Shown in pieces: positions 52,601-64,000 of a stretch of 64,000 nt of DNA. The notes under the pieces were generated by a model. That model saw nothing but the letters and a program-made list of their open reading frames with translations, was not told where the DNA came from and searched no databases. The stretch covers positions 1 through 64,000 of the forward strand of contig NOWV01000229.1 of assembly GCA_003344405.1 (NCBI GenBank), read 5' to 3'. The number at the start of each line of letters is the position of its first letter. Position 1 is the stretch's first letter. The stretch comes from Trichoplax sp. H2 (lineage: Eukaryota). Both the position numbers and the translations under genes were made by a program.

Positions 52601-55373
52601 TACCGTTGTAATTATTTTTACAGTAATTAACAGCAGTGGAAAATTTAGCTTCGGACGAGCTGATGAAATAACGCTTGAAATTATGAGTAAACCAGCTATC
52701 TGTTAATGAAAAGATAGAGTATCAAGCGAATCCAAATAGTATATGGAAAATGGCGAAATATTTTAGAATTCATAAAAGAACTTAATTTTAATTCGAGCAT
52801 TAAAAACTGGTTATTTTGAAGTTTTACACTAGACTATTTCCAAAGATACATTGCAGTAGATACTCATATTAATGCGATGACTAGGATTATTTCTGAATGG
52901 ATAAGGTTTCAATACTACCAATATTAATTACTGCACTAAGCCAAAACAACTCCATGTCTAAATTAAATGACCAAGATAGAAGTTTTAGTAATGCTATCCT
53001 GCAAGCATCTCATTTATAAATAGAAGCTCAAGACATCCATAATTTATCGCTTATATTATTATCTACGCCATATTTGTAGCTTATTCCTACTTTTCTTTAT
53101 TTATCAATTTTCCGCAAATTATTTAATTAAGGAAAATATACTGTACGCGTTATCGACTGTAAGAATAAATTCATCACTTGCCTAAAATGGCGTTACTGGT
53201 AGATTAAATATTATTGCTATTATAGCTACTTTATTTTGCAGATGTTTGTACCACGCATAGTGCATTTTTCTATCTTTAATTTGACTATAGTGCTACTTCA
53301 TTCTCATTAAAATGAGTAATGACTAACTATAACAGTAATTGATTCTAAAAACGATCAAATTAACAACTTATAGTTGAGCTGGATATCGCGTTAAAACTCT
53401 AAGTGCTTTCAGCGTTGCCTACGTCCTTAATTAGAAATTATATATATATATATTATATATATATTGCCTCAGTTTTGTAAATTTTAATAAAGTTGTCGAT
53501 TTTGTATATCTTACCGAATTTTTCATTTTTTCCTACTATAGCAACAGCAGAAACACAGATTAAGCTTCTCAAAAATATCCATACCAAGCATAAATTCTAA
53601 AAAAAACATCATTAAATTAATTTAGCAAATCAACGTCTCATTTGCTAGCCCAAACAGAATGGATTTGAGTTGGTTTGAAAATATTTTCAAAATACAGCTC
53701 ATAAATACATTTTTAACGCAAAATCAATCAATATATAAAAATTACCATACATTTAACTAAGCAATACTTTACAACTAGTTGCTACATTCCAGCCATATAG
53801 AAACACTAACTAATTTCAGTTAGCCTTTATATTAATATAAGTGTTTTTAAAAGGAGATAGTATTCGCTAGATAGATCTATCAAATTTATAAATCTGCTTG
53901 AAAAATTATAATTTATCTTTGAAATGTTTCTTTTCGTTTGTTTTAAGATAGCTGTATAAGCAAAATTTTGGAACCTTCTCAGAAAATTTTAGTAAATTTA
54001 AGTTAAATACTAACGATGTTCCACTATAAAATACAAATCTGCGATCAACTAAGATTAAGGATATTATTTTTTATCTTTAAAGTGTTTAGAAAAATTAGTA
54101 CTTTTAATATCATCACATTAGATAAACTAAGATAAAAGCCATATCACCTTTAAGCGATGTTCTAGCTAGCGCTCTGTTTATAAATTGCTTACGTAAATGA
54201 AAATATATAAAACACGTTCAAACTGTAAATTTTTTCTTGCAATAAAGGCATAGACAGTTTAAAGTACTAACTTTTACAAATCCCGATCTAGTTTCATTAA
54301 TTAGCAATGAGTTGGATGCATGCGTAGGAAATCAATGAAAATTAACAGGGTTCAACAGAGTCAAATTTAGAACTATCGAATTAAGTATTGCAATAATTAG
54401 TCATGAAAGTAATCTGTATAGTACAACATTAATTATAATCATGCCCAATTCTTAAATTGCATTTTAACTGGCATCAGTTTTTCAATGATACACAAGTGAT
54501 CTTCATTTCATTAATACAGTATTGCAAGTGAAAGTAACATGGCGTTGACTAAAGGTAAATTCAATTTCATCAAACAGTAAAACCATCTAATATATAATAA
54601 ATATTGCTACTTGAATATTAGCTATTTCACTCACAATATTTAAATATACGGAAAATAACTATAATAAATTGGACTGTGCCGATATTAAATAAAAGAAATG
54701 CGATCGCTTTCCGTAATAGGCCTTATGTCTAATGCTAGAGTATATTTTTGATTACCAGTATTATTCTTACAATCTTTCAATCTTAAGTAATGGTATCTTA
54801 TACATAGTGACTAAAATACGTAGAACACCATGAGTTAGATTCTGATAGTATGGCTTATAATTAACCAAAGCTAAACGGCAGGAATATTTTATCATCAGCG
54901 TGAGATGTCGAATGGAGCTGGTGTGCGCCAGAGTACAGCTATCGTACATGTAAACTAATGATAACTTATACTCTATAAGTGTAGCTGGATAGATTTAATT
55001 TCAAATCGACAATGCTAGGGCTATGATGAAGCAGATTAAAGTATTTTTTGTTAATGCTAATAATCCAATAAAATTAAATTTTTTATTTTTAATAAAAACT
55101 GTTCTGGTTGATTTAAAGATATGGGCTAGGTTCGTAATTTGCCTTCAACTCAAGCTTTATATTAATAGCTATTTCACATGAAATTATTAGCTAAAATTTG
55201 TTTTTTTATTCAATATTCTATTAGGTACGTTGCCAATACTTTAGAAACAGCAGTAGCGCTACCCAGATACAAGAGAGAAATAAAAATTCAAAAAAAATCT
55301 AGATCATATCAAAAGTGAAAAAAATCAAAATGTTAAGAAATCAAATACATACCAAATACTTAAGGCTTACCAT
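40632..55373 (-). CDS. Adhesion GPCR with five C-type lectin-like domains (paralog C)
   Basis: Exons (approximate): ATG|gtaagc at 55373-55371 (alternative ATG|gtaatt at 53748-53746), 53596-53515 (NLCLVWIFLRSLICVSAVAIVG, signal peptide), CTLDs 52699-52295 (absent from the ORF track), 50458-50054, 49927-49559, 48906-48535 and ~47683-47240, micro-exon ~49401-49370, stalk ~46172-45978, GAIN ~45516-45360, 45243-45185 and 44693-44593, GPS ~44461-44421 (CVYW) and 44296-44179 (WASDDL...KCISYHL|TSFSVLL), 7TM ~44085-43981, 43653-43551, 42295-42145, 42066-41999, 41775-41709, 41615-41530, 41354-41228 and 41133-41092, tail 40967-40872 and 40685-40632 (LRKSAWSNDINSKSNKK*). The linker between CTLD3 and CTLD4 is not fully resolved. 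Confidence 0.9.
42356..43274 (+). mobile_element. LTR-like element in the TM2-TM3 intron of paralog C, present as two variant copies around a gap
   Basis: Starts TGTAAC, with TATAAAA (43032) and AATAAA (43118), and its 3' end matches 14975-15056. 42348-42686 and 42707-43105 are duplicate versions separated by 20 N. Confidence 0.65.
50940..51650. repeat. Diverged tandem repeat, about 3 x 260 bp, in an intron of paralog C
   Basis: The motif agagctaagattaagattgtacgagaatagtaact recurs near 50978, 51236 and 51499. The motif agacatgaatag recurs near 51112, 51373 and 51625. Confidence 0.8.
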
Positions 55374-56245
55374 AATTTATCACCCCAACGTTATTGATGT
55401 TGAAACGAATAGTATTCAAATTAGAAATACAAGGTTCTAGCTCTGAAATGGAAATAATAGCGTTGTGATTGCATTTGGTCTAGATGAACTGTAATTTTTA
55501 CTTGAAATTATAATTATCAACCTTAAACAATAAAGCATTTGATTATAATTACCAGTCATTGATCATTTATAAACTTATTAATAAATTATTGATACAAAGA
55601 TAGCTTTCTTTTTTTATTTCTTGAGCATACGTCGAACAAATTGTTCAATTTTGAAGAATGAGAAAATTATAGACTGTAACTTTAGACATATATGACGTGA
55701 TTTCTATTTTGCACGTACGTATTATCCTTAAGCAATATCTAAACTAGTGACTAGATAATGATTTACAGAGACAATGGATGGAAATGTTTATCATCCGTTC
55801 ATCAAAATATCGATCTAATCACACAAGTTCTTGCGTTTGTCAATAACAACCAATTTGATTTCTTGTTTCTAGGGTAGAATATAATGGCAGCGATTAATTT
55901 CCGTTGCATTGATTATTCTATCGATATAGTAACATCTGTTTTAAATTATTTTTAATAAAAGCTAATATTATCATTATCCATGATCCAAATCTAGTTTTAT
56001 TGCTCCATTTCGACTTTCCCATAAAAATTCAAGCAAGATCACCATTTCACAATATAGACACTAATTCATAGACTTAAATATAATTTTAGCTATCAGAATG
56101 AATGTACATTGTCAGCAACCATTTGTTTCGTTCAACTCTGTTATACATAAAAGTAAATTCACTATCAATGACTTCTCACGTAAGCTTTAATTACCATCCT
56201 TTGATTTAATGCTGATTGGATCAAAGTATAACACTAATGTACACC

Positions 56246-56794
56246 TGTTATGGTGTTGCCTTGCCATTAGGATAGTTTAATAAATACAGTAGGGGCTAAT
56301 ATGGGAAATATCCATGTTTGCAGTGCTAGGTAAGATAAGTAATGTCTTAACGTGGATGTTATTTGTGATAGTTTATTACATATTTGACATTGATTGTTAT
56401 TGTGGGATAGATATTAGTAAGATGATTCAAGTTCTAGTTGATGATAGTTGAATTAGACAGCTTACGTGCCAAGATTAAGATTAAGTATAAGTAAGAGATT
56501 CAAAATTTGCTGATGGAAAAGCTATGTAAGGACCATCTCTGTTCGAGATGTCCCTCCTAGTAAGGTATAATAATAATAATGTTGTTGTTTACAAATTTGA
56601 CGGTTCCTATATAAACAAGAACATTTGATTTGAGTGGTGAGGTGAAAAGTTGTAGATGTATCTTTGCTAATAAAAGTTTTATCTTTACAGTATTTGGCAG
56701 TGTGTATTTAACGTTAAGTAAAAGGGCGTTTAAGTCAGTCGCTACTTATAGACTTTACTGTACGTTACCTTGTCACAGAATTGAAATTGTGACA
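56246..56794 (+). mobile_element. Solo LTR, 549 bp, 5-bp TSD
   Basis: Runs TGTTAT...GTGACA with a perfect TSD ACACC (56241-56245 and 56795-56799). TATATAAA near 56608 is followed by AATAAA near 56669. Its termini are shared with 25414-25837. Confidence 0.88.
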
Positions 56795-59700
56795 ACACCA
56801 TTATCGAGAATGGAGAATAATTTAAAAATATAATGATCATTTACTCACAAGGGGATCATTTTAATTGTACCTTTTCATTTTCTGCCAACGTAGTGGTTAT
56901 GGAAAGACTGCATCAACACTTTATCAATGCAATGCTAAATTTATGCCTAACACTACCAAAATTAAGTTTTAGTTTTGCTCTACTGATCGAGCTATCACAG
57001 AAAGACTGCATCAATGTTTTATTAATTAATTTAAATGCTGAAATTTATGCTTAAAGTAGCCGAAATTAAGGATTAGTCTTGATGTACCGTGATATCAGAT
57101 CATTAATTCGCAAAGAGGAAGATTTTCGTAGTACCGTCCATTTCATTTTCTGCCGATGTAACTATTACAGAAAGACTGTGTCGATATTATATTAATAGAA
57201 TACTGAAAAATTTAACCTAAAATAAACCAAACCTAAGGCTTAGCTTAGCCGGATTTTTATTTTAAAAATCGTCCATTATGTAGAATCAAAAAAATCTTGA
57301 AGATTGAACTTGAATATAATTTTCAAGAAAAAGAAATGCTAGCATATTACGCCTGGTTATTGCCACCAAAGTATCTTAATCCTCAAGCTGTTAATTAATA
57401 TGATACTCTTGAATACAGCAGCATCTACCAATTTCTTATGACTTCTAGGGTTATATACCAGTGTAGGTGCAATGAAATCGAATAGCAAGTACAGATTTCA
57501 TGGCATCTTGCACTAATCATTAAACTTATACAGTATTACTAATAACGATCTAATTTAAATCTTGAAAACTTCCTGATTTATGTTACTATCAGATCTAGAT
57601 TGTGACACAAAAAGACAATGTAAAGTGCCTGTGCTTATTCTTCGTGGAATTAGCAAATCCATTTCGTAGCTATCTATTAATTACAACTACCCTTCTAATG
57701 CTAGTTTTTACACATATAATGTGAATGCTGCTCAAAATTTTCATGTCATGTACAGTTTTCTGATTGCCATGTCAGACCATAATTATTTTAGCTGCTTTTA
57801 GACATAATTATGCCTCAACTTATTTCACTCTACTATTTTTTATTTTATAAGATAAATCCCTAACATGAAGATTTTACTTAATTTCGCTTAAGGAATAGGT
57901 TAAATGATATCCTCAATAAGAACGGCTGCCAATAATAAACAACACTTATAATAATATACAATATGGGAATATGCAGACTAATACAGCGATTGAGCTACCA
58001 GTAATACTAATATTCTACTAACTATTCTGATAGTTAATGCAATATTTCTGATTATTATAATACTTATGAATGGAAGATCGTTATCTTTCAATTAATCATA
58101 GTTTTAAAGTTAAAAGTTAGTCATCGCCCCAGCGATCACAAAAGCTTATAAAGTACTGTAAATAATCAAAATTTTTATTCTATACAAAATAAAGGGAAAA
58201 CTGCCAATAGATATTTATGCTATCGCGAACATATTATAATTCCACCATCTTCCTTTCATGTTAGCACAAAATTATATTTATCGATATAAATAAACCTTCT
58301 CGCCATTTACTTAACAAATATTCAACAGTGCGAATATTAACAAGGATTAAAAATAACGGGTAAATCAAGAAGATTACTATACAAACGGCATATAATTTTA
58401 ATTGTTATTTAACACTAAGTAAAGGCAATTGTCTGATTGAATTAGCTCTACCATCCAATTTAATACAGTTGCCTATAATATTTCACATATATTTTAGCGC
58501 GTTTCTAAGTAGTTTTAAATCAATTATAAGTACGTATCTATCGTTGAGGATCATAAATATTTATTGTCAATACATTTATCATAAATATGGACCCTAACGA
58601 TGACATTGAAGATAGCAAGCTAACGTAGCTTTAGTAATACAATATTCAAATAATTAATATCAATCATAATTCGAACTGCTTATCCATAATTAATCGATAT
58701 CGATGCAATAGCACATTTTACTAACTAAAAAAATTTATTTTTAATTGCTGTTAATTTATAATTCCAGTATCGAATCACTTTGCACTGTTCTAAATTGAGC
58801 AGAATTCTGATATTAGTTTAAGCTTCTAAGATTGAAATGCGGCTAAAACTTATGTTGAAACACTTAAAATTGAAAACAATATAGATTTTAAAATTAAACT
58901 AGTTAATACCAACTCAGTCGAAATTATAACTTGTCAACAGGATGTTAGTTTATAGTACTGATCTCAAAAGCGACAAACATGGGGGAATGAAAATAAAACG
59001 ATAAAAGCGAAGCCTCTTTATATTGAGATGAAATTCATTAGTTACTATATGTTTACATATGTACGCGTATAACAAGACTGTTTATAAGATAATTTACGAA
59101 TTTCATAACATATTATTTAGTTATAGACTATAAATAGATTAATGCTACCTTCCAATCAATTATTTATACTTCTAGCTATTATACAAATCAGCATATTAAA
59201 TCTTAAGTATATGCAAACATACTGATAGTTGGAAATTGCTTTAAATTTCCGATCTATACGGCAAAGAAATAAATAGAATCTGAAGGGATGTTCTTATTTT
59301 CGTATTGATGTCTGTCATCTTAATCATAATATGCTCTTGTTTTTATGGGCGGCTACTGAACTAAAGCAAAAGACAACTCTATCATAGACATAATTCTACC
59401 CATTATTCAGGCTCTTTGTAGTCGCAATTAGGGATACAGATATGTCATAGCACTTTAATTATATAAAATATCGACTCTTTATTTCTTGATTTACCCGACA
59501 TAGTTTTATACAAATGGGAATAATTATCGGTATTCATATTTAAATTGAAAACTAGAGCTTGAAATGTAATAAAACATATTCATGCGTAATTGGCCAATTC
59601 ATTGCCACATTTTTAACAAGAAGCAACTCAAATTCAAAATTAATTTCCGAGATTAAAAATTTTGCACTACAAATGTAAAACCTTCATTATAATCAAAAAT

Positions 59701-60899
59701 AATCACAACTTCTACTCTTTTAGTCAATATCTATATTAGGATGCGGTGGTAATGGTCCCCACGGATGACATCATAAAATCCTTACTGAATAACGAAGAAA
59801 GAATTTCTAAATCATAAACTTATTACACTTAAATCCAGATTATCTAGATTCCTATCTAAGACCAAATACAAAGCTACGTGATAATTATGCCCTCTCATTA
59901 AGTCTGGATAGCATTAAAACTTCAGCTAGTTGCCATTGATCTAAATCATGGTTAGTATAAACATTTTGCTACCAGTGCGTAATCGCTCTGTAGCAGTTGG
60001 CTCTAAGAATTGGGCATTCTTCAAAACCATAAAAAATTACGTGCAGAGTGTGATGATTAATATCCATTAATTCGGTTACAGTATTGCCTGTCCGGCGTAC
60101 AAACTTATAGTACAATTCAAGTTTTTCTTTTAATTACGGCGTACTATTAAACGATTACATGCTTAATGCAGACGCAGCATTTGATTATCCCCCTCCCATG
60201 CCAATTGGTGATATATTACGTAAATATGGTGCAATTTCTAATGATTAATATTTCGCTTATGCTGCTATAGCGCCGCCTAAATTGCCACGAAAACAATCTA
60301 ATTACTCCTTGTAATATACCATCGGATATACCTAATAAATTAGATAATTAAAGTCGTAATGCATCAACGCAAATATTTAATTATAATTAATGATTGCTTC
60401 AACTGGCATGGGAAATAATCAAAAATATTAAATTATTACTTTCAAGCAATAATAAAATCACGATACTTTTTCTAAAGTCGCGTAGTAAATTGGTTAAATG
60501 ATTTGTAAAGTAGTTTCTAGTTCTAAAAAGTCACATCTTATATAGCTACGATCAAACTATTATACGAATTTAGTACCATTGTTACTGCACAGACTTGCTT
60601 GCTGAATTTCAGTTTTTTTGTTTGATTTTAGTAAGTTTAAAAGGAGAAAGAATTCATCCTCTAAATTAACTTAATGACCGAAAGTTTTAAACAAATTTAA
60701 TGCAGTATAGCTAAAGCAGAACCGAAAGTTGAAGTTCATTCCATATAGCAAATAACTCTAACAATATAACGATTTCTATCGATTGTTAAGTGAATTCATC
60801 CGTAACAATTTAGTTCAAATATTAAGTTCAAATATAATTCAATATTATAATATTACTCTTACTGTACTGCAAGTATTAACTGATTTTTGCAGATTAAAC

Positions 60900-62953
60900 A
60901 TGGATGATCAAGCCAGCAATCTAATGACTATCGCAGCAACAGTCATTGTGCTTGCAATTTATACTATGAAGAAAAAGAAAAGGACCCGACGAACTTGGGT
61001 CACCAAATATCTAGCAGGACGTCCAAGATGTGGAGTCAGCAATATTATCTTGCGTGATATTATAAATAGTGATGGTCATGGAGTTGAAGAATTTGTTCGT
61101 TTGAATGCAAAGGAATTTAATTGGTTATTACAAATAATTAGACCGAAAGTCATCAAACAAGACTCCGTACAAAGAGATGCCATTACGCCTTGCGATCGTC
61201 TAGCGCTGACCCTACGATTTCTGGCTACAGGTTAGATATGTCTGCAACGTAAACCACAGCAAATTATTTAAATTAACTTGTCCTACTTTGGTTACAGGTG
61301 ATTCGTATAGTAGTCTGATGTACCTGTTTAGAATATCGCCCTCTTCCATAACCAATATTATTCCAGAAGTCTGTGATGCAATTTATGAAGGGCTATCCGA
61401 TTATTTACGGGTAATTGAAACTAGCAAACATCCAAAATTGCAAGTCTCCAAGGCCATCAAGTATTTTGAATCACTGCTACCATTTATTCAAAGTAGTAAA
61501 GCATTTAGCAGCTTCAGGGATAGTAAAAGTACTTCCTGAGGTACTATAAAACATTGATTAAGGAGATCAAGTAATTCAAAATTACTGTTACCATTTAGTT
61601 GTAATTTAATAGTAAAGCATTTATCAACTTTAGAGGTGGTAAAAATGCTTACAGAGATGCGAAGAAAGACTGATCAAGCAAACAATTCAAAATCACTTTT
61701 ACCATCTAATCCTAGCAATAAAGCATTTAGCAGCTTTTGGGATGGTACAAGCCTTTGAAATAATTAAGTAGTTCAAAATTACTGTTATCATTCAATCATA
61801 GCAGTATAGCATTTAACAACTTTAGGATTGGTAAAGTACTTCATGTGATACTTAGAAAATAGATTAAATGCGGCACTCTAACCAATCAAATTTAACGAAT
61901 AGCTAATTTAAAATCCACAAGCAGCTTAAACTATTGCCTTATTTTACAAACGATATTTATATAATTCAAGTTCAAATGATTGCTATAACTATTCTGTAGT
62001 ATAAATAGATATCCTAGAACAAATCACAAATCGCTACAAGGCCATTTGTTGCCCTTTTCTTAGGTACCACAAAATGAAGATGAATGGTACCAGATTGCTA
62101 AAGAATTCCATAATCGTTGCAACTTTCCTAACTGTATAGGCGCATTAGACGGCAAGCATATAACCTTACAAGCGCCTAAAAATAGTGGTAGCTTATATTA
62201 TAATTACAAGCAAACGTTCAGCATCGTCTTGCTGGCTTTAGTCGATGCTAAGTGTAACTTTACATATATTGATGTGGGGTGTCAAGGGAGGATATCCGAT
62301 GGTGGTATTTTTCGAAATTGTAGTCTATATCAAGGCCTACTCGATAATACAATCCATATACCACCGGATATACCTTTACCTAGTAAAACAACTCCTATGC
62401 CGTTTGTTGTTGTAGCTGATGATGCATTTCCACTTAAACGTTGCATCATGAAACCTTTTACTGGGAGATATGAAGAAGGTAAGTGAAACAGTCTTGATAC
62501 CAGGAATTTACTGGACTTGCCATCAAGGGCAAATTTTTTCGCCAATTCTAGCTAATCAACCCTACGTAATTAGGCTCAAAAGAGCGAATATTTAATTATA
62601 GATTGTCACGAGCACGCAGTGCAGTAGAAAATGCCTTTGGTATCCTATCCAGTGTTTTCCGCATATTTAGGAAACCGTTATGTGTTCACCCTGAGAAAGC
62701 AATTAAAATTGTTCGTGCTTGCGTAGCATTGCATAATTTCAAACGACGAAATGTCACATGGCAATCATTATCTTGCAAAGAAGCCAACCAGAATCCAGGT
62801 TACAAGTATCCATGGTTAAGAAATGCATCTGGAATAACAAGAAAGAAGAAAGCCAAAACTACTCGTAAGGATAATAACACTGAAGCTAAAGATGTTCGAA
62901 ATCTTTTTGCTTATTTTTTCGCCCAAAGAGATGTAAATGGATCAGATATATAG
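60900..62953 (+). CDS. PIF/Harbinger-family DDE transposase-like nuclease (HARBI1-like), four exons, 412 aa
   Basis: Exons 60900-61230, 61298-61410, 62064-62478 and 62574-62953 join in frame (1239 nt) across GT-AG introns. Motifs: RLALTLRFLATGDSY (HTH region), FPNCIGALDGKHI (first D), YYNYK..FSIVL, GRISDGGIF, VVADDAFPL (second D), FNYRLSRARSAVENAFGIL (E), ACVALHNF. Confidence 0.92.
61455..61850. repeat. Diverged tandem repeat, about 4 x 90-110 bp, in intron 2 of the Harbinger-like gene
   Basis: The pattern aagta.ttcaaaatYactg.taccatt...aaagcattta.ca.ctt recurs near 61459, 61569, 61679 and 61766. Confidence 0.75.
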
Positions 62954-63464
62954 AATTAATATATATTATGACAATATTTAAGTTAAGCAGGAGCTTGTTA
63001 GTGATGATTTGAAATCACTTTTCGTGAATCGTGGAATGAAGCATGGTAATGTCTGAGCACATCGATAATCTCGAAGTAGCTAAACAGTATGTACTAGCTT
63101 TACCTACAGAATCCGTTGGCATTATGAGCATACTAATCAAGCCATTATATTCCTAAGTTAAACTATGAACAATCTAAAACTATATATTGGGATCATATAC
63201 TAAGTGTGCTGGCTTTGCGTTTGTTAACAAACCGTTATACACTAACTTTACTCAAATTTTGCACGACAAATTTAGTAAGGAATCGAAATAGAAATAGGAG
63301 ACCTTGAATAATAAATGAGTGTTTGTTAAATAGTCAAGATGATATACGAGATGATCATATAGATTTGAATAGAGAATGTTTGCAAGTTAAATTGGATATT
63401 GTAAAGTCGATATTGTTCATTTACTGTATAACCAAAATAAATTAGTGCCTTATTATAAATTTCT

Positions 63465-63860
63465 ATGACAAGCTGTTATAAAACTGATTTTTACAGGGCG
63501 AAATAAGATAAGAGATGTAAGCCTTGAAATTAGATTTAGCTACTATATAGGTTTACGTACTTCATCGTTATTCATTTCTACCATAATATATTAGTTACAA
63601 TAACAAATTGCCATTGCAAGCTGTTATAAGATTGAATTTTATAGGGCAAAATAAGACAAGTAATACTAGCCTTGAAATCAGATATAGCTGCTAATCAGTT
63701 TTATATACCTTAGTGTTGCTCATTTACAGTATAACCAACGTAAATGGGTTATTTATTACAAGTATCCATGCCAAAGTGTTATAAAATTGCAATTTATAAT
63801 ACGAAATAATACAAGCGATATTTGTACTGGAATTTTTTATAGCTACTGAATAGGTTTAAA
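63465..63860. repeat. Diverged tandem repeat, about 3 x 150 bp
   Basis: The pattern caagctgttataa...ttttayagggcRaaataagaYaag...agccttgaaat recurs near 63469, 63617 and 63772. Confidence 0.7.
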
Positions 63861-64000
63861 TGGAGAATAATTGCTCGTTAAATTTGAGTATTTTACCGCG
63901 TACATCGCTCATTTATAATCAAAATAAATTAGCTGGTTTATTGCAAATTTCCAAGAAAAAGAGGAAAATTAAATTATATAGAGTGAAAAGAGACAAGTAA

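Noticed and set aside
62978..63090. Possible last exon of a convergent minus-strand gene (LLRDYRCAQTLPCFIPRF...) as a Harbinger partner
   Set aside because: Only about 33 codons, with no Myb/SANT signature and no upstream exons identified.
1..64000. tRNA, rRNA or other structured RNA genes
   Set aside because: No cloverleaf, A/B-box or rRNA-like conserved segments were recognised by eye. A covariance-model scan would be needed to exclude small ncRNAs.

Overview
AT-rich animal genomic DNA with short GT-AG introns and four 20-N assembly gaps. The composition and gene structure resemble a placozoan (Trichoplax-like) genome; this is inference only. Most of the window is a cluster of three paralogous, multi-exon adhesion-type (class B2) GPCR genes with one shared architecture: signal peptide, five tandem C-type lectin-like domains (one phase-1 exon each), a Ser/Thr-rich stalk, a compact GAIN domain, a two-cysteine GPS with an intact HL|T site, and a 7TM region. 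Gene A (-, ~12641 to beyond the window start), gene B (+, ~26021-36390) and gene C (-, ~55373-40632) are arranged head-to-head and then tail-to-tail. A four-exon PIF/Harbinger (HARBI1-like) transposase gene with an intact DDE triad lies at 60900-62953. Introns and intergenic DNA carry many short TG...CA solo-LTR-like elements with 4-5 bp target-site duplications. At the assembly gaps, two apparent haplotypes sit side by side and show filled versus empty insertion sites, plus an inverted, hyper-diverged segment inside one LTR-like element. Exon coordinates were read by eye and may be off by a few bases.
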